The notes: generated from the sequence alone by a model not told the origin. 64,000 nucleotides of DNA from Dehalococcoidia bacterium (GCA_963665735.1 OY762444.1:2187547-2251546); one strand, 5' to 3'. Positions 9,461 to 19,043 are shown, counted from the stretch's first letter. Made by a program: numbers and translations.

Positions 9461-11206
9461 TCACGTCCACAACTTCGGCGGCTGGGCCGGTTCCAGGAAG
9501 GCCAGCATCAGGGCGTCGGCTCGGTCCGGCGAGGGCAGCCCCCGTTTCTTCATGGCATCCTTGCTTTCGATAATGGCGCGCCCGTCGCTGCGGGTGTTGT
9601 AGCGCAGTGAGGACAACTCGGCGATGAGGTCTTTATCGTCGGGAATCAGAATGTCCCCGCCGGCGAACAACTCCCGCAGTCGGAAGTACCCTTCGGCCCG
9701 CAGGTTGGCGTACAGCCCCTTCTGGCGCGGCGGCTTGGCTACGTTGACCCCCTGCGCCGGGTGGCCCAACTCTTTCAGCCGGTCAAGGACGCCGGCCCCC
9801 AGGCCGATTTCGTCCACCAACGCCGCCTCCGGCGACCATTGACGTATGGCCGCAGCCACCCGCCCGGTGAAGGTCATGGTGTCCAACCCCTGGAAGGCCC
9901 GGATTTCCTCGACGCGCATCCCCCGGCGCACCAGGATGACGCTGTGGTCGGCGCCGTAACGGGCCACGTCCACCGCCATGATTGCCGGCTCCGGCGGTTC
10001 CGGTAGGGCCAGGCGTCCGGCCGGCGTAACGTCAACCGCGCCGTGTTTGCCCACGGCGGCCTCGATGTCCGACAGAGGAATCAGCGCATCCTGCGCTTGG
10101 CGGGGAAATTCGCCCAGCACCCGGGAGCGAAACAGGTCGCTGTCCTCGCCCCAGACCCGGCGGCGTTCCTCCACCCATTCGGCGGTGGTCAAGCCGGGGA
10201 CGACGATGCGGCCGGCCCGGACGTTGGGGCTGTCCAGGGCGGAAATGGTGATGGGTTGGTAAATGCCCCGTTCCCGATTAAAGGCGTTGTAGAATCCGCC
10301 GGCGACGGAGGTGGGGTTGCCGATGAGCAGCAGCCGCCCCGTCTCCGCCGAGGTCAGCACCGAGTCAACGGCCTCGAAAATCTGGTCTCCCACCCCGGCG
10401 GCCTCGTCCACCACCACCAGCATATTCGGGCTGTGGAACCCCTGGAACTGGTCCGCCGTGTCCGAAGACAGGCCCAGGGCGTAACGCTCGGCGTCCAAAT
10501 CCCAACGGGTATCCAGCATCGTGCCGCCCAGGGGCTGCCGGGCCAAGCGGTGCAGCCGGTGAATCTGACGCCAAAGGATATGGCGCACCTGGCGAAAAGT
10601 GGGCGCGGTGCTCAGGGCAATGGCCGGCTGGTGGTTGTAGAGGAACCACAGCACGGCGACGGCGGCGCAAAAGCCCTTGCCCAGTCCGTTGCCCGACTTG
10701 ACGGCGACCCGGCGATGTTGATGCAGGGCCTCCAGCGCCCGCCGTTGGCCCTCCCATAACTGCACCCCCAGCGTCCGCTCCGCGAAATCCAGGGGCGAGT
10801 CGGAAGTACGGCAGGGCGAATCGGAAGTACGGCGGGGCAAGTCGGAAGTACGGCGGGGCAAGTCGGACGGCCGCGGGCGGTATTGGCGGGAACGCCGGGC
10901 GCGATTGGACTTGAGCCAGGCCGCGCTGCCCCGCCGGTGCCAAGAGTCCCAGGGGCGGCGCAACGGGGCCGGATTCGGGCGGATGGACGGACGCCATTGG
11001 GCCAAGCCGTAGTAATAGGGACGCTGGGCCGGGCCATTCAACCGATTCATTCCAGGGGAAGATTCCAGGACAAGAACCGGGGGACGGTCTTCCAGCCAAG
11101 CCGGGGTAAAGCCCTCCGGCCCGTTTCTATCCAGGGTGGCTTGAGGGTTAAAAGGAGGGTTGAAAGCCGGAGAGTCGTCAATTTTTTCCGTAAGCAGAGC
11201 AGCCAT
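9461..11206 (-). CDS. Phage terminase large subunit with an unusual ~140-aa Pro/Arg-rich N-terminal extension
   Basis: Walker A-like KSGNGLGKG, Walker B-like LVVVDEAAGV and a nuclease-type C-terminal half. The ATG directly abuts the stop of the upstream Zn-ribbon ORF (TAGATG). Confidence 0.8.
   Translation of the reverse strand: MAALLTEKIDDSPAFNPPFNPQATLDRNGPEGFTPAWLEDRPPVLVLESSPGMNRLNGPAQRPYYYGLAQWRPSIRPNPAPLRRPWDSWHRRGSAAWLKSNRARRSRQYRPRPSDLPRRTSDLPRRTSDSPCRTSDSPLDFAERTLGVQLWEGQRRALEALHQHRRVAVKSGNGLGKGFCAAVAVLWFLYNHQPAIALSTAPTFRQVRHILWRQIHRLHRLARQPLGGTMLDTRWDLDAERYALGLSSDTADQFQGFHSPNMLVVVDEAAGVGDQIFEAVDSVLTSAETGRLLLIGNPTSVAGGFYNAFNRERGIYQPITISALDSPNVRAGRIVVPGLTTAEWVEERRRVWGEDSDLFRSRVLGEFPRQAQDALIPLSDIEAAVGKHGAVDVTPAGRLALPEPPEPAIMAVDVARYGADHSVILVRRGMRVEEIRAFQGLDTMTFTGRVAAAIRQWSPEAALVDEIGLGAGVLDRLKELGHPAQGVNVAKPPRQKGLYANLRAEGYFRLRELFAGGDILIPDDKDLIAELSSLRYNTRSDGRAIIESKDAMKKRGLPSPDRADALMLAFLEPAQPPKLWT
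10799..10870. repeat. 21-bp tandem repeat x3.4 inside the terminase N-terminal extension
   Basis: The unit GTCGGAAGTACGGCGGGGCAA repeats and encodes the heptads SDLPRRT/SDSPCRT. Confidence 0.9.
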
Positions 11207-11443
11207 CTAGCGTTGTCCCTCCTGGCCGGAGCCGGCCCGGCGGGGGCGGCGTCCGGGGTTGGGATTGGCTGCCCGGGCCCTTCTGCCCTGCCCGGTTTGC
11301 CCGCCCGTCGGCGTCGCGTCCTCGCCGCTGGACGGGCTGAAAAGGAATCCACATTCGGCGCAGCGAAAAACCCGATTATCCCCAGCCGCGCCTTTGCTGA
11401 GGGGGATGAGCTTGCGCGACAAGCATCTGCGGCACTGCAACAC
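11207..11443 (-). CDS. Small Zn-ribbon protein with Arg/Gly/Pro-rich tail (possible small-terminase-like DNA-binding partner)
   Basis: GTG start preceded by AGGAGG (AGGAGGTCACAATTGTG). Contains CRRC...CAEC. Its stop is adjacent to the terminase ATG. Confidence 0.5.
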   Translation of the reverse strand: MLQCRRCLSRKLIPLSKGAAGDNRVFRCAECGFLFSPSSGEDATPTGGQTGQGRRARAANPNPGRRPRRAGSGQEGQR

Positions 11444-12031
11444 AATTGTGACCTCCTGAAACGTAGCAGAGTGGGGCCAGAGGAACGTCCGCGATGGCCT
11501 TTTTGCGGCGGGGGCGTCAAAAGGCAAAAGACGACCCCGTCACTAGGGTCGTCCCTGGCTATCAGAGGATAGCGAACATTTGTTTGTGTGTCAATAGGGT
11601 TGCAGGATGGGTTTTGGGATTCGGGGTGTTGACCCCCTCCCCGGCCCTCCCCCTCCCCCTACTAGGGGGAGGGCTGGGGTGGGGGTGGTCCCCCCAACTG
11701 ACATCCCGTTCATGGTGAGCCATCGAACCGCCCCCAAACCCGTCATTCCGGCGAAAGCCGGAATCCAGAACCCTCCGACACAAACCACCATAGCCCCGAC
11801 AACACACTCCCAAAACGTAGGGGCGCACGGCCGTGCGCCCCTACCAACGACAATCACCAGGGCGAACATGGGGAAACCAACCCCCACCCCAAACCCGTCA
11901 TTCCGGCGAAAGCCGGAATCCAGAAATCCTCGCCATCCCGTTCGTGGTGAGCCTGTCGAACCACCCCCACCGTTATTGACACCATACGCCAACCCCCTTA
12001 AATTGCCAACAAACAGTCAAAAGGAAAACTC

Positions 12032-12403
12032 ATGGTCTCCACCGAAACGCCAACCCAAAAACACACCCGACTGGCCCAAAAACTCCTGTCCGACGCCGGA
12101 CAAGCCATCGCCGACGGCGAACTGGTCCAGGGTTCCGAAAAACTGTGGGGCGCCGCCAGCCAAGCCCTCAAAGCCTACTGCGCCAGCCACGGACTCCCCC
12201 ACGGCAAATACGCCCACCGCCGCAACGCCGTCCTGGATTTGGCCCTGGAAAAAGACGACGAAACAATCCGCCTGGCGTTCAAGCTGGCCCAAGCCTGTCA
12301 TGCCAACTTCTACAACGATTGGATGGAACAGGAAGAACTGGAAAGCCATATCCCGGACATCCAAAACCTGGTCAACAAAATCCTCGACGCCAAGGCCGAA
12401 TAA
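12032..12403 (+). CDS. PaREP1-like (HEPN-fold) protein, dispersed paralog
   Basis: 123 aa with the motif GELVQGSEKLWGAASQALKAY and ..ACHANFYNDWM... Same family as 36434..36817 and the tandem trio at 56.4-58.0 kb. Confidence 0.65.
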   Translation: MVSTETPTQKHTRLAQKLLSDAGQAIADGELVQGSEKLWGAASQALKAYCASHGLPHGKYAHRRNAVLDLALEKDDETIRLAFKLAQACHANFYNDWMEQEELESHIPDIQNLVNKILDAKAE

Positions 12404-12752
12404 CCCCGCCGGACAACTCCCCAACAAAACACCCCAACCAACCCATACCCCCACGTCGCCAAACCACAACGTCCCATCGTCGGACGAAAACCCCCACCCC
12501 AAACCCGTCATTCCGGCGAAGGCCGGAATCCGGAAATCCCCGCCAACCGTTCGTGGTGAGCCTGTCGAACCACCCCAACCGTCATTCCCGCCCCCCAACC
12601 CGTCATTCCGGCGAAGGCCGGAATCCAGAAATCCCCGCCCCAAGCCAACTTCGCCACAACCATGACTACAAAAAAATCCCCTCCCCCTATTCAGGGGGAG
12701 GGTTAGGGAGGGGGTCGAGGGGGTCAAACGGGTCAAACTTCCGCCCCGCCGT

Positions 12753-14312
12753 CTAGTCCGGCGTAGTCCCTACCGCCGGCAGCGACGCCTCTTCGTCCGT
12801 CGCCAGCATCCGGTTAACCGCGCTCAGGTACGCCTTGGCGCTGGCAACAATAATGTCCGTCGAGGCCCCCCGACCGGAGAAAGTCCGCCCGGCGTTCTCA
12901 ATGCGGATGGTCACTGTGCCGATGGAGTCAATTCCCTCGCTGACCGCCTGCACGTTGAACTCCGACAGCTTGTTGTGGCAGCCAATCACCCGGTCAATGG
13001 CCTTGCACACCGCATCCACCGGCCCATTCCCCGTTGATGCGTCGGTGTAAATCTGGCCGTCCGGCCCCACCATCCGCACCGTCGCCGTGGGAATGTCATG
13101 GTCGCCGCTGGAAAAATGCACCTGGTCCAGCGAGTACGTCACCGGCTCCGCCGAAACCAGCTTTTCCTCGTCCATCAAAATTTCCAAGTCCCGGTCGGTA
13201 ACTTCCCGTTTCTTGTCCGCCAGCACCTTGAAAGACTCGAAGACGTTGGTGATTTCCTCCCGGTCCAGGGTATAGCCCAGGGCCTCCAGCCGCGCCTGCA
13301 ACCCGGCCCGTCCGCTCAGCTTGCCCAGCACCAGGCTGTTGCCCGGCACCCCCACCCGCTCCGGCTGCATCACCTCATAGGTCGAGCGGTCTTTCAACAC
13401 CCCGTCCTGGTGAATCCCCGACGCGTGGCGGAAAGCGTTTTCCCCCACCACCGCCTTGTTGGCCTGCACCGCCATTCCGGTGATGCGGCTCACCAGCCGG
13501 CTGGACGGGTAAATCTGCGTCGTGTCCACGCCAATGTCCACCCGGAACAGGTCTTTGCGGGTATCCAGCGCCATGATGATTTCTTCCAGCGAGGCGTTGC
13601 CGGCCCGCTCCCCGATGCCGTTGATGCACCCTTCCACCTGCCGCGCCCCGGCTTCAATGGCCGCCAGGCTGTTGGACACCGCCAGCCCCAAATCGTTGTG
13701 ACAGTGAACGCTCAGCGTCACCTTTTCAATCCCCGCCACCCGGTTCTGGATGTCCTGCAACAGTTGGGCGAAGTTGGACGGGATGGCGTAGCCCACCGTG
13801 TCGGCGATGTTGACCGTGGTAGCCCCGGCCCGGATAACCGCCTCCAGCATCTGGTACAGGTACTCCGGGTCCGTGCGGGTGGCGTCCATCGGAGAAAACT
13901 CCACGTCGTCGCAGTAGCCCTTGGCCCGCTGCACCATGCTGACGGCCATGTCCATGACCTCTTCCCGGTTCTTCCGCAGCTGGTGCATCACGTGAATCTC
14001 CGACGAGGACAGGAAAACGTGGATGCGCGGCGATTCCGCCACCTTGATAGCCTCCCAAGCCTGGTCAACGTCGTTGGGATGCGCCCGGGCCAGGGACGCG
14101 ATGACCGGCCCCCGCACTTCCCGCGCGATGTTGCTGACCGCCTGGAAGTCCCCCGGCGAACTGGCGGCAAACCCCGCCTCGATAATGTCCACCCGCAGCC
14201 GTTCCAGTTGCTTGGCGATTTCCAACTTCTCTTCCTGGGTCATGCCGATGCCGGCCGACTGCTCCCCGTCCCGCAGGGTGGTATCCAGGAACTTCACTCT
14301 TTCGTTAGCCAT
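12753..14312 (-). CDS. leuA: 2-isopropylmalate synthase
   Basis: 519 aa. Has N-terminal FLDTTLRDGEQS, HCHNDLGLAV and the LeuA C-terminal regulatory domain. Confidence 0.95.
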   Translation of the reverse strand: MANERVKFLDTTLRDGEQSAGIGMTQEEKLEIAKQLERLRVDIIEAGFAASSPGDFQAVSNIAREVRGPVIASLARAHPNDVDQAWEAIKVAESPRIHVFLSSSEIHVMHQLRKNREEVMDMAVSMVQRAKGYCDDVEFSPMDATRTDPEYLYQMLEAVIRAGATTVNIADTVGYAIPSNFAQLLQDIQNRVAGIEKVTLSVHCHNDLGLAVSNSLAAIEAGARQVEGCINGIGERAGNASLEEIIMALDTRKDLFRVDIGVDTTQIYPSSRLVSRITGMAVQANKAVVGENAFRHASGIHQDGVLKDRSTYEVMQPERVGVPGNSLVLGKLSGRAGLQARLEALGYTLDREEITNVFESFKVLADKKREVTDRDLEILMDEEKLVSAEPVTYSLDQVHFSSGDHDIPTATVRMVGPDGQIYTDASTGNGPVDAVCKAIDRVIGCHNKLSEFNVQAVSEGIDSIGTVTIRIENAGRTFSGRGASTDIIVASAKAYLSAVNRMLATDEEASLPAVGTTPD

Positions 14313-14583
14313 GACTTTTGCTCTTTCCTTTTCCTTTCGATACTTGCGTCGCCCGCGGCCTCAGTTGTGAGACCGGATAAACCGGGAACGGGAACGCAGG
14401 GCCACGCAGTCCACCGCAGCCAGCCCCGCCAAGACCGGCCTGCGATGGTGAACTGCTCTAAACAGCGCCTCCGCATCCATAAACTTACCTCCTGAGAATG
14501 ACCAAGCCATCCTTCAATAACCCCCTCCCCTTGCCAGGGGGAGGGTTGGGGCAAGGGTGAAAACCCCGTTTCAAGACGTTTCC

Positions 14584-15183
14584 TCAACCCCCCAACCTGT
14601 TGAGCATCATCAGCACAAGCGCGAACCACATCCCCATCTGGGAAATCCACATGGTTATCATTACACCCAGTAGCCACAGGAATTGACGATCCATCCTGGC
14701 CCGCAGTGAGTTGTGGTCTTCCCTTAGCCCCCTGAATTCGGCCCGCAGGTCTCGGTTATCTTCCCGCAGTCCCCTGATTTCGGTCCGCAGGTCGCTACCT
14801 TCCGCTTTGACCTCGCCCCGCAGGTCGCTAATTTCCCCTTTGACTTCGCCCCGCAACGCGTTGTTGTCTTCTCTCAGTCCCCTGACCTCGGCCCGCAAGT
14901 CGCTACCTTCCGCTTTGACCTCTGCTCGCAGATCGCTACCTTCCGCTTTGACCTCTGCTCGCAGGTCGCTCATTTCCCCTTTGACTTCGCCCCGCAGGTC
15001 GCTGATTTCCCCCTTGACTTCGCCCCGCAAACCGCCCATGTCTCCCCTGAGACTTCTGACCTCCGCCTTAACATCAAGGATTTCTTGTCTAATTTGGTCT
15101 GCCTGCCGCTCAAGCTGCTCCATCCTGGTTTCCAGCCGGGCCAGCCTTTCGCCATCGGGCCTGTCCGCAATTTCCGTAGTCAT
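14584..15183 (-). CDS. Coiled-coil repeat protein with C-terminal transmembrane anchor
   Basis: 199 aa. About ten 11-residue repeats (DLRGEVKGEIS / DLRAEVKAEGS) are followed by the hydrophobic tail FLWLLGVMITMWISQMGMWFALVLMML. Confidence 0.7.
   Translation of the reverse strand: MTTEIADRPDGERLARLETRMEQLERQADQIRQEILDVKAEVRSLRGDMGGLRGEVKGEISDLRGEVKGEMSDLRAEVKAEGSDLRAEVKAEGSDLRAEVRGLREDNNALRGEVKGEISDLRGEVKAEGSDLRTEIRGLREDNRDLRAEFRGLREDHNSLRARMDRQFLWLLGVMITMWISQMGMWFALVLMMLNRLGG
14703..15066. repeat. 33-bp in-frame tandem repeats encoding the 11-residue coiled-coil units
   Basis: Repeated ..GACCTCTGCTCGCAGRTCGCTACCTTCCGCTTT.. blocks are visible on the plus strand. Confidence 0.8.
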
Positions 15184-15276
15184 CCTTCACCTGCTCTTCC
15201 TTCCGGCCCAGCAAGACCATAAATCCTTGCCGGAAATCCCCCACCACAAGGAGGGTTGGGGAGAGGGGTAGCGCCC

Positions 15277-16278
15277 CTAAACTTCCTTCGGGTCCAGCCA
15301 AGGCATCATCGAGCGCAGCTCCCGCCCAACTTCGTGAATCTGGCTGCTGCGGGCTTGTTCCCGCAGCGGGCGGAACCGCGGACGCCCCTCGTGGTTCTCC
15401 GTAATCCACTCCCGGGCGAAAGTCCCGTCCTGAATGTCCGCCAGAATCTTCTTCATGTTTTCCTTCACGTGCTCGTCAATCACCCGCGGCCCCCGCGTCA
15501 AGTCCCCGTACTCCGCCGTATCGCTGACGCTGTACCGCATATAGTTGAAACCGCCCTGCTGAATCAGGTCCACGATTAACTTCATTTCGTGCAGCACTTC
15601 GAAATACGCCATCTCCGGCGGATACCCCGCCTCAACCAGCGTCTCAAACGCCGTGTTAATCAGCGCCGTTATGCCCCCGCAGAGCACCGTCTGCTCCCCG
15701 AACAAGTCCGTTTCCGTTTCGTCCTTGAACGTCGTGTCCAGCACTCCCGACTTGGTGCAGCCCACCCCCTTGGCGTAAGCCAGGCCGATAGCCTTGGCGT
15801 TGCCCGTGGCGTCCTGGTGAACCGCCAGCAATCCGGGAACACCGATACCCTCAATGAACTGCTCCCGCATCCGGTGGCCCGGCGCCTTGGGCGCCACCAT
15901 CATCACGTCAATGTTGTCCGGCGGCACCACCTCCCGGTAGTGAATGCTGAACCCGTGGGCGAACATCAACGCCGCCCCCGCCCGCAGATTGGGCGCAATC
16001 TCCCCCCGGTAAATCTCCCCCTGGATATGGTCCGGAATCGCCACCATCAGCACGTCGGCCTGCTGCGCCACTTCCGGCACGTCGGCCACTTCCAACCCGG
16101 CCTCCCGAACCGCGTCCCGGCTCCGGCTTTCCGGGTACAGCCCCACGATTACCTTCTGCCCGCTGTCCCGCAGATTCAGAGCGTGGGCGTGACCCTGGCT
16201 CCCATATCCCACCATGCCGATGGTCTTCCCCTCCAGGATTCCCAAATCGGCGTCGTTGTCGTAATAGACGTTAACCAT
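15277..16278 (-). CDS. ilvC: Ketol-acid reductoisomerase
   Basis: 333 aa with [17 protein letters not shown] and the class I KARI length. Confidence 0.95.
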   Translation of the reverse strand: MVNVYYDNDADLGILEGKTIGMVGYGSQGHAHALNLRDSGQKVIVGLYPESRSRDAVREAGLEVADVPEVAQQADVLMVAIPDHIQGEIYRGEIAPNLRAGAALMFAHGFSIHYREVVPPDNIDVMMVAPKAPGHRMREQFIEGIGVPGLLAVHQDATGNAKAIGLAYAKGVGCTKSGVLDTTFKDETETDLFGEQTVLCGGITALINTAFETLVEAGYPPEMAYFEVLHEMKLIVDLIQQGGFNYMRYSVSDTAEYGDLTRGPRVIDEHVKENMKKILADIQDGTFAREWITENHEGRPRFRPLREQARSSQIHEVGRELRSMMPWLDPKEV

Positions 16279-16437
16279 TGCGTACTTTCCCTTTCCTTTG
16301 TCTGGTAGTCTGTCGCCGTTGCATTTGCGACTAACCCGGCCCCGTCATACCGGCGTAGGCCAGTATGACGATACATCCTTGCCAAATCACCCCCTCCCCC
16401 TACCAGGGGGAGGGTTGGGGAGGGGGTCAACCCCAAC

Positions 16438-17022
16438 CTAATACGAACCTACCTCGCTGGCCTCGGCCTTCGACCTCCCGTTACGCAAGTAGCTGATTCC
16501 AAAATCGTCGCTGACCTGGCCGTCCGCCTTCCCCCGCACCATCGCCACCAGTCCCGTTCGCATGATTTCCATAATCCCGAAAGGCGCCATCAGTTCCAGC
16601 AGGGCGTCAATCTTTTCTTCCTCCCCCGTAACCTCAATCACCAGCGACTGCGCCCCCACGTCCACCGTCTTGGCCCGGAACAGCCGCACAATCTCGATTA
16701 TCTGGCTGCGCGTCTCCACCGTGGTGCGGACTTTCACCAGCGCCAACTCCCGCGCCACCACGTCCTCATCCGATATATCCGACACCTTCACCACGTCAAT
16801 CAGCTTGTCCAACTGTTTCCGCGCCTGGTCAACCGTGTATTCGTCCCCTTCAACCACGAAGGTCATCCGCGACAGCCCCGGCTGCTCGCTGTGGCCCACC
16901 GCCAGGCTGGCGATGTTGAACCCCCGCCGCCGGAACAGGCTGGCAACCCGCGTCAAGACCCCCGGCTTGTCCTCCACCAGGGCGATGATGGTGTGCAGTG
17001 GGGTATGAGCGTGATTCGTCAT
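16438..17022 (-). CDS. ilvN: Acetolactate synthase small (regulatory) subunit
   Basis: 194 aa with an ACT domain (LVEDKPGVLTRVASLFRRRGFNIASL). ATGA overlap with the ilvB stop. Confidence 0.92.
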   Translation of the reverse strand: MTNHAHTPLHTIIALVEDKPGVLTRVASLFRRRGFNIASLAVGHSEQPGLSRMTFVVEGDEYTVDQARKQLDKLIDVVKVSDISDEDVVARELALVKVRTTVETRSQIIEIVRLFRAKTVDVGAQSLVIEVTGEEEKIDALLELMAPFGIMEIMRTGLVAMVRGKADGQVSDDFGISYLRNGRSKAEASEVGSY

Positions 17023-18728
17023 CAGAAAACCTGCTCCGTGATCGGCTCTTCCAGCATTTCGTTGACCGACTCCCCCGCCGGAATCATCGGGAAGACGTGC
17101 TCATCCTGCTTGACGATGAAGTCCACGATTACCGGCCCCGGTATCTCCATCGCCTTCTGTATCGCCCCGGCCACCTGCGCCTTGTCCGTCACCTTGATAC
17201 CCGCGATCCCGTAGGCTTCGGCAATCTTCATAAAGTCGGGATTGCCGGAGTAAATCGTCGCCACGAAGTCGCTGTCATAGAACAAGTCCTGCAACTGCCG
17301 CACCATCCCCAGCGTGCCGTTGTTAAGAATGGCGAACTTCACGTCAATGTTGTTTTCCACCGCCGTCGCCAGGTCGCACATGGTCATCTGGAAACCGCCG
17401 TCCCCGGCCACCGACCAGACCGTCTTTTCCGGCCGTCCCATCTTGGCGCCCAGCGCCGCCGGCACCTCAAACCCCATCGTTCCCAGACCGCCGGAAGTTA
17501 CCCAGGAGTTAGCCTCCTTGAAATGATAATGCTGGGCGGCCCACATCTGGTGTTGACCGACCCCCGTAACCACCAGCGCCTCCCCCTTGGTCACTTCCGA
17601 AAGCTGCTGCATCACGTATTGCGGCAGAATCTCCGTGGACGCTCGCACGTGCAGCGACGGATGCTCCGCCCGCATGGTGTCAATCTCTTGCAGCCAGTCT
17701 ATCCGCACCGTCTTTTCAATCCGCGGACTCAATTGCCGCAGGGCCAGTTTCAAGTCCCCCAGCACCGGAACGTCCACGTTCACGTTCTTGTCAAACTCCG
17801 ACGGGTCAATGTCAAAATGCGCCACCCGCGCGTTGGGCGCAAAGTCCGACAGCCGCCCGGTAACCCGGTCGTCAAAACGCGCCCCCAGCGAAATCAGCAC
17901 GTCCGCCCGGTCAATGGCCAGGCTGGCGTAGGCCATCCCGTGCATCCCCGGCATCCCCACGTACAAAATATGCTCCGTCGGAAACGAGCTGATTCCCAGC
18001 AGCGTCGTGATAACCGGAATCTGCGCCTTTTCCGCCAACTCCCTGAGTTCGTCAAAGGCCCGGGAAATAATGACCCCGTGGCCCGCCAGAATCACCGGAC
18101 GCCGTGCCTGATTGATGAGTTGAGCGGCTTGGGCGATTTGCTCTTCCTCCGCCTCTCCCGGCGGGTTGTACCCCGGCAGGTTCACCCTGTCCGGCCAAAC
18201 GAACTCCGTCCGCTCCCCCAGCAGCACGTCCTTGGGAATATCCACCAGCACCGGGCCGGGCCGTCCCGTCCGCGCCACGTAAAACGCCTCTTTAATCGCC
18301 GGCGCCACGTCCCTGACGTCCATCACCAGGTAATTGTGCTTGGTAATCGGCAGCGTCAGCCCGGTAACGTCCGTTTCCTGGAAAGCGTCCCTACCGATAG
18401 CCGCCCGCGGCACCTGCCCCGTAATCGCCACCATCGGCACCGAATCCATCTGCGCCGCGGCGATTCCCGTCGCCAGGTTGGTTGCCCCCGGCCCCGACGT
18501 AGCCGTGCAGACCCCTACCCGGCCCGTAGCCCGGGCGTAGCCGTCCGCCGCCATCGCCGCCGCCTGCTCGTGCCGCACCAGCACGTGCCGCAACTCCGGA
18601 TACTTGGGCATCGCCCCATAAAAGGGCAGCACCGCACCGCCGGGAATCCCGAAAACGATTTCCACCCCTTCCCGCAGCAGGCTCTCGCAAACGATTTCCG
18701 CCCCGGTCAATTCCCTGGTCAAGTCCAT
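17022..18728 (-). CDS. ilvB: Acetolactate synthase large subunit
   Basis: ThDP enzyme with GAEIVCESLLREGVE and the GGLGTMGFEVPAALGA ThDP motif. I take the ATG at 18728 rather than the TTG at 18755 used by the track. Confidence 0.93.
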   Translation of the reverse strand: MDLTRELTGAEIVCESLLREGVEIVFGIPGGAVLPFYGAMPKYPELRHVLVRHEQAAAMAADGYARATGRVGVCTATSGPGATNLATGIAAAQMDSVPMVAITGQVPRAAIGRDAFQETDVTGLTLPITKHNYLVMDVRDVAPAIKEAFYVARTGRPGPVLVDIPKDVLLGERTEFVWPDRVNLPGYNPPGEAEEEQIAQAAQLINQARRPVILAGHGVIISRAFDELRELAEKAQIPVITTLLGISSFPTEHILYVGMPGMHGMAYASLAIDRADVLISLGARFDDRVTGRLSDFAPNARVAHFDIDPSEFDKNVNVDVPVLGDLKLALRQLSPRIEKTVRIDWLQEIDTMRAEHPSLHVRASTEILPQYVMQQLSEVTKGEALVVTGVGQHQMWAAQHYHFKEANSWVTSGGLGTMGFEVPAALGAKMGRPEKTVWSVAGDGGFQMTMCDLATAVENNIDVKFAILNNGTLGMVRQLQDLFYDSDFVATIYSGNPDFMKIAEAYGIAGIKVTDKAQVAGAIQKAMEIPGPVIVDFIVKQDEHVFPMIPAGESVNEMLEEPITEQVF

Positions 18729-18753
18729 CTTTGACCTCGCGCCATACTCAAAC

Positions 18754-19008
18754 AAAAAACCCGTCCCCTACTGAAGGGACGGGCTGGAAATCCCGCGGTA
18801 CCACCCTTCTTTCCCGGTCATGGAAAACCCAATCCCGGAACAACTCGGCAGCCTCTATCGGGGCTGAACCGCCGGCCCTACTGACTTCTACGTTCAGGCC
18901 GGACGCTCCTGGGCGAGTTCAGGCCCCTGTACCCGCCGGACTTCCACCAACCGCCGGCTCTCTGAGGGCAGGGCAACCCTACTACTCCCACTCAACGCGC
19001 CACGCCAA
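18754..19008 (-). promoter_or_regulatory. T-box riboswitch leader of the ilvBNC-leuA operon
   Basis: Minus strand has an AGAGAG bulge motif, the canonical T-box AGAAGGGUGGUACCGCGGG (18792-18810) and a terminator CCCGUCCC-UUCAGUA-GGGGACGGG + U6 (18754-18784). The candidate specifier is CUG (Leu), which is tentative. Confidence 0.85.
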
Positions 19009-19014
19009 TGAGCA

Positions 19015-19043
19015 ATGCTAGCAACCCCACCCCCAATTGTCAA
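19015..19043 (-). promoter_or_regulatory. Sigma-70-like promoter of the T-box leader
   Basis: Minus strand TTGACA (19043-19038), a 17-nt spacer, then TAGCAT (19020-19015). Confidence 0.6.

Noticed and set aside
11607-12665. 352-aa ORF and many 60-240-aa ORFs in intergenic arrays (for example 12017..12736, 45029..45517, 19037..19465, 7487..8008)
   Set aside because: They are read-through translations of REP units (recurring IPAKAGIQ, FAGMT, GARPCAPT, RRNDG peptides). Only the embedded 12032..12403 PaREP1-like gene is credible.
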